Positions 24,867 to 36,540 of a stretch of 64,000 nt of DNA are shown piece after piece. The stretch lies in contig NC_045696.1 in assembly GCF_009834535.1 (NCBI RefSeq), positions 57,166,001 to 57,230,000 on the forward strand. The letters run 5' to 3'. Numbering within the stretch: position 1 is the first letter of the stretch; each line of letters begins with the position of its first letter. This stretch comes from Camelus ferus. Its lineage: Eukaryota. A model generated the notes under the pieces. It saw nothing but the letters and a program-made list of their open reading frames with translations, made no database searches and was not told the DNA's origin. Made by a program: the position numbers and the translations under genes.

Positions 24867-27499
24867 GATCGGAAAAATCAACCTAACCCTATGGCTCAAG
24901 AAACTAGAAAAAGAAGGGCAAACTAAGCCCAAATTTAGCAGAAGGAAGTAAATAATAAAGATTAGAGCAGAAATAAATTAAACAGAAATCAGGAAAACAA
25001 GAGAAAAGGTTAATGAAACTAAGAACTGCTTCTTTAAAAAGATAAATAAAACTGACAAATCTTTAGCTACACTAACCAAGGAAAAAAGAGAGAGGACTCA
25101 AATCAACAAAATTATAAGTCAAAGAAAAGACATTACAACTGATATCACAGAAATACAAAAGATCATAAGAGGCTACTATGAACAACTACATTTCAACAAA
25201 CTAGACAACCTAGAAGAAATAGAATTATTAGAAACATACAACCTACCAAGACTAAACCATGAAAAAATAGAAAATGTGAACAGAGCAATTACTAATAAGG
25301 ATATTGATTCAGTAATACAAAAAGAAAAAAAGCAAAAACAAACAAAAAAAAAACAGTAAAATAAAAGCCTAGGACCAGATGGCTTCATTGGTGAATTCTA
25401 CCAAACATTTAGAGAAAAATTAACGCCAATCCTTCTCAGTCTTCCAAAAAATCGAAGAGGAGGGAATACTCCCAAGTTCATTTCATGAGGTCAGCATTAC
25501 CCTGACAACAAAGCCAGAAAAGGACACAAGAGAAGAAAATTACAGGCCAATATCATTAATGAACATATATGCAAAAACTTCAACAAAATACTAGTAGACT
25601 GAATTTAACACCACATTAAAAGGATTACACCCCATAATCAACTGGGATTTATGCCTGGGATGCAAGGATATTTCAATACAAACAAGTCAAAAAAGGTGAC
25701 AGACCACATTAACAGAATGAAGGATAAAAATCATATGATCATCTCAATAGATGAAGAAAAAGCATTTGACAAAATTCAACATCAGGTCATGATAAAAACT
25801 CTTATTAGGTACAGAAGGCCTGTACCTCAACATAATAAAGGCCATCTATGACAAGCCCATAGCTAATATACTCAATAGTGAAAGACTTAAAGTTTCCCCC
25901 TAAGATTTGGAACAAGACAAGGATGCCCACTCTCACCACTCCTATTAAAAATAGAACTGGAACTCTTAGTACTGGAAATGAGGCAAGAAAAAGAAATAAA
26001 AGGCATCCAAATTAGAAAGAAGTAAAATCGTCTCTATTTGCAGATGACGTGATTTTATATACAGAAAATAGGGGTGTAATGCACAGCATGATGACTACAG
26101 TTAACACTACTGGGTTGTACATCTGAAAGATGCTAAAAGGGTAAATTCAAAAAGTTCTCATCACAGGGGGAGGAAAAAAACAATTTCTCTCTTTTTTTTT
26201 GTATCTAAACGAGATGATGGATGCCGATTAAAATTATTGTGGTAATAATTTCATAATATATGTAAGTCAAGTCATCATGCTGTACACCTTAAATGTATAC
26301 AGTGTGGTATGCCAATTATATCTCAAAACTGAAAAACAAACAAAAACACAAATTATTAGCTTACAGTTCTGGAGGTCAGGAGTCCAATATGATCTTATTG
26401 GACTAAAATCAAGGTGTTCGCAGGGCCACATCCCTTCTGGAGGCTGTACATTCCATTGCTCTTTCTATCTTTTAGAGGCTGTCTGCATTCCTTGGCTCAT
26501 GGCACTTTCTTCCATCTTTAAAATCAGCAGTGCAGATTCTTCAAATCTCAATCTGACTGTTTCCGTTGTCACATTTCCTCCTCTGACTTGGACCATCTGC
26601 CTTCCTTTCCTACCTTGTGTTCGTATTGGAATCACCCAGATAATCTCCCCATCTCAAGATCTCTAACTTAATCACATCAACAATGTTCCTTGTGCCACGT
26701 GATACATGTTCACAGGTTTGGGGGAGTAGGATGTGAACATGCTGGGGGAGGCTGCATTATTCTGCCTACCACAATGCACATCTATTACTTACATAGTGAC
26801 TTGTGGACTGAAGAGCTACCAGTGAAGTTTGAACTTTTATGTGATTACTCAGTTAATATACCATGGTAAGTGAAATTTGAACTGTGTTGTAGCACTAATG
26901 TTATTTAAGTAAACTACTGTAACTGGAATTTGTCCATAACTGAATCATGCAAAGCAAGGATTGTTTTAAGTCCAGTTGATAGGTCAAAAAGATGAGAAAA
27001 GACATGTAACTACATATGTAGAGCCACAGCTGCAGAAAATGAGGTGGGAGTGACCTATATACATCTGCACTCGTATTTGGAGAACACTCATGTAAATAGA
27101 CTGAGGTTTCTCTTGTGCTGGATTCTCAAGACCATCACGATACTAACAGCACTACAGCTTTTCTAAGAAACACGGTACACGTAATATGGAAAAAATCTGA
27201 GAAATAAGGATATAACTTCCCTCTTACCTCTGCTGTCTTCTGCCCACTTCCCTCCCACCCCCGGCCCAAAAAAGTCTTGTGCACTATCCAACTTCTAATA
27301 GTGCACTACACTTTGTTTATAAAGCAACTTTTTAAAAAAATTCCGATTAATAACATAAAAGAGCTCTTCTGATAACTAAGAATATAATAAACACTTCCTA
27401 TGAGCAGAGACATTGTTGAGCAAAGTACAGAATAAATAGGTGACACAGGCTTCTAATACTCTTAGTCCAAGCACAAGTTTTTAAAAACTGAACTGCTGC

Positions 27500-28404
27500 T
27501 ATAAAGTTTCTCATAAATTAATTTTATTGAAACATCAAAAAGGTCAGTTATCACCTCTGACTGGGGTTATAAAGTACCATCTTTCAACATGAGTAGTCTC
27601 ACAATGCCACAGAGAAAGAGGCATGAGGGACCAATAGGGGGGTGTTTTCCTTCTCAGGCAGTATTATATTAAACTGCAATAAATATCCGATCTTACAGAT
27701 CAGGATACCTCTTAAAGAGGCACAGCTTGTTTTATAATACCTAAGTATTGAAATACATTCATTGCATGAACTGGGGGAGGGAAAGGAAGAAGAAACAGCA
27801 TTTCATGACAATCTATTCCTAGACTACATCCATACTAAGCCTTACCACTTTACAGAATTCTTAATTCATTAGCCAATGCTATTTAAAATTACTACTTCAG
27901 AAGTCTTAAATTGATATTGGATACAAATACACACAACGCCTAAGCCTAGTGGCTTGTGTGAAAACAAATCCTTATCTGCCTCCAGCTCCTATTAGGGTCC
28001 TTATCACAAGTTTCTGAATCCTGGTTGGGCTGAAAATGCCTCCAAGGCAGCAGTTTTTTCTTCATGCTCAACCTAGACAGATGATGACCCAAAGTGCTAA
28101 GTACATATTTGAAGCATGTGTTCTGCACCTGTTTAGAGCCACAGTAAGCTTTAAAAGGCAATTTCATAAATACTTTCTTGTATTAAATTAAAGAATATTA
28201 AAGATTGAATTAAACTTGGTATTTGGCCTCAAAAAAATTTTTTTTACACTACAGAGAATAAACTCTCATATACATATTGACACTCTCACTATAAAATTAC
28301 TATCCTAAGTTCATCAAGACTTGAGGGTTTCTATTTCATGAAGTAGGGGAAAGGTAATCTCTGTTCTTTCTGTGTGACTGTACCTACACCAGGCTACCCC
28401 ACAA
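27500..28404 (-). other. POLQ: POLQ 3'UTR (about 0.9 kb, end inferred)
   Basis: Sequence between the TGA at 28405 and the minus-strand AATAAA at 27523-27528. Confidence 0.65.
27523..27528 (-). terminator. Likely POLQ polyadenylation signal
   Basis: tttatt on + = AATAAA on -, about 880 nt after the stop, with U-rich sequence downstream. Confidence 0.6.
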
Positions 28405-28518
28405 TCACACATCAAAGTCCTTCAGCTCTCCCCAGCTGGTGCCTATTTTCACTTTCACTTTCAGTTTCACAGAGAGTTTTACAGCACTTTCCATTTCATT
28501 CTTCACAATCTGAGCTAC
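28405..28518 (-). CDS. POLQ: POLQ terminal coding exon (human exon 30 equivalent)
   Basis: T15-ag|GTA acceptor; VAQIVKNEMESAVKLSVKLKVKVKIGTSWGELKDFDV*(TGA). Confidence 0.96.
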   Translation of the reverse strand, partial: VAQIVKNEMESAVKLSVKLKVKVKIGTSWGELKDFDV

Positions 28519-28957
28519 CTAAAAAAAAAAAAAAAGTTAACAAACTCTGTCCAAAGAATGTTTCCCAGCCCATCCACTGAGAAGATAAGCCAGACTGGAG
28601 CTCTTCACCTCATGGTGCTTAAAACTCAAAATCTGAAAAGACTCAGGCATCCCACATTGGTCTTCCCCGATGAGCAGGAGCTCTGCCAGGTTCACTAGAA
28701 TGCTCAGAGCTTTGGAATCCTCAGGACAAGGACTCCAAATTCTCATCTAACTTCTCCCAGACAAAAATATCCCTGCAGGAATTTCTTTTTAAATGAGTTT
28801 AAAGCTCAGCACTCTTAGCTCTTTCTCTACCCTTAAGGATTCAACTTTTCTGTACCTATCCCAGGGCTAGGGAAGGGTTCCCGAAATCTCATGCACCTTA
28901 GCTTGACCTACCATGTTTTAGCTTTCTGTAGAATGGACACAAACACTGCAAAAATAC

Positions 28958-29073
28958 CTGAACAACATCCTCTTCTGCCACTTCATATAAGAGTTCATCA
29001 TGGAGTTGAAGGATGAAGAAGCCTCCTCTGATTGGGCAGAACATCCCTTGCAGTTTTCTCTTTGGTAACAATC
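28958..29073 (-). CDS. POLQ: POLQ exon 29 equivalent, polymerase motif C (LHDE)
   Basis: gggtag|GA acceptor, CAG|gtattt donor; GLLPKRKLQGMFCPIRGGFFILQLHDELLYEVAEEDVVQ. Confidence 0.96.
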
Positions 29074-30629
29074 CTACCCGACAAAAAAAAGTAGCAAAAC
29101 TGATCAGCAATGTCACTGTGCTATAGAAAAAAATATTTTTAAGAGAGATTTTGAGCAGTTCTGGGAAATTTTAATTAAGAGATTAAAACACATAAAATAT
29201 ACAACTACCAGGAAAATAACTACTTGCTGGTTGCTACCTATCCCACCCATCAGGTAAACTCAAATCTTCATCAACTTTCTCCCACAAATGAGAAATCTAA
29301 CAAAGTCAGTAAATGGAGTTTAAAGAACTCTGCTCCAAACTCTAGTCTAGCTTATTTCTCATAAACAACCATCTTCTCTTTCCATGGAGTTCCCACTACC
29401 AACTTCTCTGAGAACAGCACTAGAGTAGTGTGGGGCTTGATTCTTGCTCCAGAAAAGGGAACTGGCATTGTCTTTAGGCAGTGTTTTATAAGACTGACAC
29501 TCCCTGATGTCTTTTTCTGGCCGTAAGTGTCACCATGGTAGAAGTGGTGATTCCTTAACTGGACCACACACTCTAGACAAGTAATTCTAAATCTAGGGTC
29601 CAAATGTGGACTTCGGAGAGTGTTAGATACTTAGACCCTTAAAGATACATGTAAGGGTCTATGTCTGTACTTTCTTCTGAGGAGATGATCTCTGTCTTTC
29701 TCAAAAGATTCTCAAAAGAACCCATGAGCCCAAAAATGTTTAAAAATCACTATACTACACTTAGTTACTATTTCCTAACTTCCTAGTGGTACAGATTACA
29801 CCACCCTGATCACTAAAATAAGGTTCAACATTAACACCTTTACAGTAACTGCCTTTGTTTGCCCGTGTTTCAGAGCAGTCCTTCCTTTCTGCCATCCAAA
29901 TTTCCTACTTATTCTTCAGGACAGCACAAAGACCACCTCCCTCGATAGCTGAAATTCCCAAGAGAGTTCTTTAGTTGTCATTACCTGGTTTTCTGAGATG
30001 GCTCCTGCAGGGTAAGAGAACAAAGGCAGATGAGGCACGGCGAGTTGCTTCCATACCAGGGATGCAAAGGCACCTGTTCACCAGTTTGGCTAAAATCTGA
30101 TCTGCCCCTTTGGGCCCCACTTATCTTACATCATTGGCTGTCCAGATGCTCTAATTTTTCTGCTTTCTGATCACCGCACCTCTGTCCTCTTGATTTCCCT
30201 TGGTTACTTGTCTTCTGACCCAGAATGCCATGATCCTCCTACTCCCTGTGTGGTCTGCTTCCTCAGGCACCACTCCCTTTGATCCCACTGACCTACTACT
30301 ACCTTTAACTCAGCACGACACACGAAGTCATCCTCTGTGACGTATCTACATTGTCTTTCACTCACTCTAAAGATTGATGCTATCATTTTGACACTGCACT
30401 GCATCATTTTGCTGTGAAGAGTCATGTAAACATTTCAGTCAGGTATCATATCTTCCTTTCTTTAGTAGATTTAAATTTTAAACATAGGTTGATAACTTTT
30501 ATTTCCAAATCCTCCAAAGTACACAGTACATTATTCCCCAAATAAGTTTGACTGTACATTCTCTTTCTACAAATATAAAAGTGTGTGTATGTGTACATGT
30601 GCTCGTGAAAGGTCATGAACAGGAAAATC

Positions 30630-31250
30630 AACATGTTCTTAATGTGTGGTCTGAGGAACAACATGGATCCCTGAGATCCTTTCAAAGCATCAGCAAAGTC
30701 AAAATTTTTTATTTTCCTAATAACACTTAGAGGTTATTTTCCTTTTTCAGTCTCATTCTCTCATAAGTGTACAACAAGGTAACAAATTATCCTGGTTTTA
30801 GCACTACAAGTCCCATATCCCGGGAAAGCCATCAGTCTCCCACAAATTGGGACATTTATCACCCTAGACTGTACAGAGGATTTTCCAGAGGTTACAAAAT
30901 AGATGATATTGCAACAAATTGAATGCAGAAATAGATAAGAGAATATAAACATTCTCTCTTAAGCCAGACATTAGAGTTTTTAGAAATGTAAAATAGTCAC
31001 TCACCACGAATTATCTTTTATTCTGAAAAAATGTAGTTATTTTCATAAAAATGTTACTTATGTTAACACATGGTAGGTTTATTATTATTATTATCTGTAA
31101 ATGTTAATAATTTAAAATCCCTTGTTTTAACTTCTAATATGGTAAATATTAATAGATATAATCCATATAACAAAAGCTCTTTGGGGTCCTTAATAATTCT
31201 AAAAGTATAAAGACACCATGAGACCAAAATGTTTGAGAATTGCTGAGAAA
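30630..31250. mobile_element. hAT-Charlie-like element with a small nested hAT (MER94-like, about 30775-30865)
   Basis: Terminal gttcttaatgtgtggtctgagga and gagaccaaaatgtttgagaattgctg; the insert is bracketed by tgtaca repeats. Confidence 0.5.
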
Positions 31251-31333
31251 TAATATGTAAAATACTTCTCCTTTTCTTTTCTGACATAATTAATCTCACT
31301 ATGTTATATCAGGGGCCTCATTTATGAACAAAC

Positions 31334-31487
31334 CTGTTCTGTCATTTTGGAGCATACCCTCCCGATGACCATGGGATTTGAAGGTTGAGTGGAAGGTCTC
31401 TAATTGCTTCTGAATATTAACTGTGGCTATTTTGACAACATCAGCCGCCGAACCTTGGACTGTTGTGTTGATAGCCTGACGCTCAGC
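31334..31487 (-). CDS. POLQ: POLQ exon 28 equivalent (not in the ORF track)
   Basis: tctcgtag|GCT acceptor, CAG|gtttgt donor; AERQAINTTVQGSAADVVKIATVNIQKQLETFHSTFKSHGHREGMLQNDRT (A-family QGSAAD motif). Confidence 0.96.
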
Positions 31488-32899
31488 CTACGAGAAACAA
31501 TAATAACAGGTGCTCCATCAGATATGCCAACGTGGTTTCATACCTGCCTTTAAAGTGTCCACAGATTAGTGCTGACACCTGCAACCAGACTGGAAATCTG
31601 GACGAGATGTGACCCAGGATAACAACTATTGACCTGCATCCTAAGAATAACAACTGGAATGATCCAGAGCTCTAGATTCTGGGTTGTCATTCACTAGAGG
31701 ATAGATTAAACAAAAGAACGTCAGGTTGCTTCAATTTAGAAATCTTCAACACTCAGGAACCAAAAACTGCATTATACTTAAAATGTATTTAGAGGCCCAA
31801 AATTATATTATCGATGTTCTAAATTTCACTTTAAAGGGTGTATTCCTCAGAATACAATTGCTCTTAATCCTAAATAGTTATAATTAGAATATCATTCTTT
31901 GTCATGTGGGTTGGAAAGTTTCAAGTACATCCCTCATATCAGTGGACTCTTGGTCCTATGTAGAGTTTGGCCCACTAGATCTGGAGCCCTCTGGTATTAA
32001 TCAGAGCTTTCTATGGGCTGTTGGGGCTAATTGTTAGCTGCCAGTAAATGTGCAGATCCTAGAGTCCTGGGTATTAAAGTAGAACTTCCCTGAACTATTG
32101 CTGCCATGGTCACTTGCTAAAAGTGATCATCCTGGGGCAGGGGAACAGGGGTCCAGGTTAGTACCTAGGGTGCAACCTATCCATGAATATCACTCCTATT
32201 GTTCCCAAAGGGCTCAGAAAGTGGGAAGGATCTACTCACTGGAGGATCTACGTAACTTGAGAGAGCTCCCTATCACCAACTTCCCTTATATTAAATACTA
32301 GTTAAATAGACTTTTTTTTTTAAAACTGTTGTTTTGTCAAATGCTGATGAATTCATTCTAAACTCACTCAGCTGTCACTGTTTAAAGGCTGACTGAATGT
32401 CAAAGTTCTACTGACTCCTCCCCTTCTTGAAACTGTATGCCTTGTGCAGTGGATTATGTTGTTATTGCTATTGCTTGCTGCCTTTCTCTGTGAAGTTCCA
32501 TAGCCTCCATCCAAAGCCATGTGACTCAAAGTGTTTTTCACTCTTTAAGAATGGGCCAATTAAATGTAAAACTGACATACAGCACATGTAAGAAGTTTTA
32601 AAAACTATCTAACACTGTCACACAAAAAAAGAGTTTATCCCAGATAGGGACTGGAGCAGAGCCATAGTCGACCTAGAGCCAAACTATAACATGAATTAAA
32701 AATAAAGCTTCTTTTTATAAGTCACTGAAATTTTGGGTTGTTTTCACTGTGACATAAGCAAATATGATTAACATAAATATATTTTATTCTCGTGATACTG
32801 TACTTCCCTGATTCTCCTCCAAAATAAGAAAACTTGACAGTCTTGGCTTTGTGTCCCATAATCTCAGTTGCTTCTCATCACCAGAGCATTTTCATGAAC

Positions 32900-35496
32900 A
32901 TAAAAATATAGGTTTCTAGTAATGGGAGATTAGGCCATTAGGACCAATCCTCCCACTGATAACAACCAGAAAAGCTGGTCAGAAAATGCCTTTTTGAATA
33001 AATCAGACAGGTACAAAGTAAGTGAAAAATTACAGAACCTAAAGAACTAGAAGAGAAAGGAAAGCAAGGAGGTGATACGGGCATTGGAGGCTGCCCTTTC
33101 TCCCAGGGACATCAACAGATTCCAAAAGAGGCAGCTGAGAGGCTAAGAAGCTGAACAGAGCTTGATGGTCTTGAGGGGTGGGAAAAAATACTTGGGTTCA
33201 GGCCCATCAAGTAGCAGGAGGCCCATAAGGAGTTGAGACAATGTAATTGTTTTTGTAGAAAACTAAGAAAAATAAAAAGCAATAGGAATAGACTACAGGG
33301 ATCCAAGTATGGGACATGTTTGATTACAGACTACTATCAAACTCATTAGACTATAAAATAATCATGTTATCAAGAAAATAAAAGACAAAAATATTTCACT
33401 ATTGAGAACCATGTACTCATAATTAAGAACAAAATGGAAACTCTAGAACAGAAAAATAAAAATAATGGAACTTAAAGCACTTAAACAGTGCTTTCTCTAT
33501 AGTTTGCTGTATGTGCACAGGGGTGGGGATAGTACTGACTTGGAGAGAGATACAAAAGCTTTCTGGGGTGCTGGAAAAGTTCTATATTACTTAGAACTTA
33601 AAGGCTCAATCGTTGCTCAACAGCAAATTGAAGAGCAAATCAGCCAATTGAAAGACAAGTTAGAAGAAAATATCCAGAAGTAACCATGATGAAATATAAA
33701 CATCGAAAAATACCAAACAGAGGATATGAAAAATGAGGAATTAAAGAAAAAAGTTTAAAAATTTTGTAATAGAAGTTTCAGAGAGGAGAGATCTGATGAA
33801 GCAATGATTGAAGAAGAAATGACTAAGAATTTTCCAAAATCAACAAAGGATCTCAAGGTGCAGATTCAAGAAGTCATAACACCCTCAGGAAAGGATACAT
33901 TTAACACACACATCCACAGGAAATTTAAAAAAGCACACAGTTAACCACATAACAGAAAATCTGCTAGAAACCACACAAAAAGAAAAATACTCTATTGAAA
34001 ACAACCTAGAGAAAAAAAGGCAGATTACACTTAAAGAAGGAACAGTTAGGCCAGGGGTGCAGGACCCAAAGACCTAAATAAAATGGACATATATAACATG
34101 TTCATGGATTGGAAAACTCAAATTTATAAATATGTCCAGTAATCCCACCTTGATCTATGAATTTAAGGCAATTGCAACTAAGAATCCCAATAGGATTTTA
34201 TGTTTGTGTGGAAATTCACAAGCTGCTTCTACAATTTATATGGAAATACACAGAACCAAGAATGGGTAAATATTCTTGGGGGGTGGAGGAGTAGGGACCC
34301 AAGATGAGAAAACTTACTTTACCATATACCGAAACATCTTATAAAGCAGCTTCATAACTAAGGTAGTATGACACTGCCTAAAGGATGAACAGACACAACA
34401 GACCAAAACAATGTGACCAGAAACAGACACATCCATATTTTAAAATATAATTTGTGGCAAAGGCAGCACTGCAGAGCAGTTCGGGGAAGCTCAGTCTTTT
34501 CAATAAATAGTTTGGACAACTGTATATCCATGGGGGTTAGGGAGGACCTTGACCCTCAATCTCTCATAAGAAGTAAAAATCAATTCCTGGTTGACTATAG
34601 ATATAAATGTAAAAGTAAAACCAAAAACTTCTAGAGAATATTTTCTTGAAATTGGGGTAGAAAAAGCTTTCTTAAACAGATCAAGGAAAGCAACACAATA
34701 ATACAAAAGACTGATAAATCTATGTAAGCAAAGGATTCATATCTGGACTATATAAAGGACTCTCATAAATCAGTTAAAGGACAGACAACTCAAAAATAAA
34801 AACATAGCAGTTAAACAGACATTTCATAAAAGAAGGTATCCAAATGTTCAAAAAACATATAAAAAAGGAGTTCAATATCACCAGTCATCAGGGAGAAGCA
34901 AATTAAAGGCACATAGAGGTACCCTGACTCAGATACTAGAATTGCTAAAATTAAAAAGACCAATCATACCAAGCAATGGCAAGAATGTAGATACAATTGC
35001 TGATGGCAATGAAAATAAGCACTCTGCAAATCAGGCAGCATGTACTAAAGATAAAAATATGCTTACTCTATGAATCAGCAATTCCACTCTAAGGTAACAG
35101 AATTGGGTGCATATGTATACCAAAAGACAAATACAAGAATATTCATAGCAGCTTTATTAATGATAGCCCAAACCTGAAAATGACCAAAATGTCTGCCAAT
35201 ATTAGAAAAGATAAATTGTTGGTATGTTCCTACAATGGAATATTACTCAGCTAAATAAAGACATGAACTATAGCTGCACATGACACATGAATCTCACAGA
35301 TGTATATTTGAATGAAAAGTTAGACCCAAGAGTACAAGTAGTATGACTGCATTTAAATAAAATTCAAGTTCATATAAAACTAATCTAAAGCTTTATGTGT
35401 CTGCACAGAGGTGATAGTACCAACTTGGAAGAAATATAAATAAGTCTTCTGGGGTGCTGGAAAAATTCTATATCTTGATTATGATAGTGGCTTTAT

Positions 35497-35541
<45 letters not shown>

Positions 35542-36540
35542 AAACTTCAAGGTTTATACTCAAGATTTGTGCCCTTTATTGCATAAATGTTATTTCTCAA
35601 TAAAATATTTAAGAATAAACAAAATTAATACTCTCCTTTCCTCTAAAATTACTAATAAGAGAACAAAAAGGCCAGACACAGTGTGGAAGAGAATATTTTC
35701 CACACGTGTAATCAGTAACAGGCTCCTATAAATCAGTAAGAAAAAGACAAGACAACCCAACAACAACAACAACAAAAAAGAACAAGAAAAACTGAATTGG
35801 CACTTACACAAGAAAAAAATAAATAAATGGCTAATAAATAATTGTTAAGTTGCTTTACTTCATTAGTATTCAAGAAAATACAAACTACAAGATACTATAC
35901 CACCAAAATAGCTAAAACTGTATTAACTTAATAGCAAACTGTTAGCAAGGATGCAGAGCAATGAGAACACACATGAGAGGACCAATTGCTATAACCACCA
36001 TAAAACACAACGTGGCTTTATCTACTGAAGTTGAAGATAGGCAGCAATTCTATGACTAGGTCTTTACCAAACATAAATGAAAATATATGTGCACCAAGAA
36101 CCTTGCACAAGAATGATCAAATCAGCAAGATCCATAATAGCTCCAAACTAGAAACCCATCAACAGAAAAATGAATAAATCATGGTATACTCATATATCAG
36201 ATCTATACAGCTACCTCTACATGAAACAACATGAATGACTTGCCTATGTAATTTTGAGTGAAAGAAGTTAAACACAGAACAATACACATATATGACGCAT
36301 ACAGAGGTCAAAAATACATAAAACAAATCCATAGGGTTAGAAGGTTTAGAGGTTATTTCTAGGAAGGTAATTAGGAAGAGGCATGAGAGGAGCTTCTGGG
36401 ATGCTGACAATATTCTATTTTTTTTTGGCTTGGAAGGTAGTTACACAGGTACAGCTCTATGATAATTTATTGAAATTTATATTTGTTTCTTGAGCTTTCT
36501 CTATGTGTACTTTCTAACATAATAGAAGTTGAAATAAAAA
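32900..36540 (+). mobile_element. Cluster of old L1 fragments (5'/ORF1, ORF2 end, two 3' ends), antisense to POLQ
   Basis: catgttcatggattggaaaactcaa, cagcaattccactctaagg, ttcatagcagctttatt, cttctggggtgctgg motifs; A-rich + strand. Confidence 0.7.
35499..35536. repeat. (GT)19 microsatellite
   Basis: Read directly. Confidence 0.95.

Larger units (their letters stand above)
22800..26344 (+). mobile_element. Internally deleted L1 (5'UTR, part of ORF2, 3'UTR), inactive
   Basis: 5' end gagtgacatcaccaagatgg; ORF2 EN/RT remnants (ORF 25651-25851 GMQGYFN...[22 protein letters not shown] codons 26037-26048); L1MA9-like 3'UTR 26070-26335; many stops and frameshifts. Confidence 0.85.
22600..26773. mobile_element. 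MLT1 LTR split into 22600-22666 and 26345-26773
   Basis: Starts tgtattagtttcctattactgctataacaaattac, resumes acaaattattagcttacagttctggaggtcagg, ends ttattctgcctaccaca. Confidence 0.8.
22200..26965. mobile_element. Tigger-like (TcMar) ancient element split into 22200-22599 and 26774-26965 by a nested insertion stack
   Basis: The two halves read as a continuous old Tigger-type sequence (gactgaagagctaccagtgaagtttg...gtaactggaatttg...catgcaaagcaagga); subfamily uncertain. Confidence 0.45.

Noticed and set aside
26277..26666. 129-aa ORF
   Set aside because: It spans an L1 3' end and an MLT1 LTR; repeat-derived chance ORF.
17726..27499. Overlapping or antisense 3' ends of STXBP5L and POLQ
   Set aside because: The inferred poly(A) sites are about 9.8 kb apart, and the tail-to-tail order matches the known mammalian synteny, so it is not novel.
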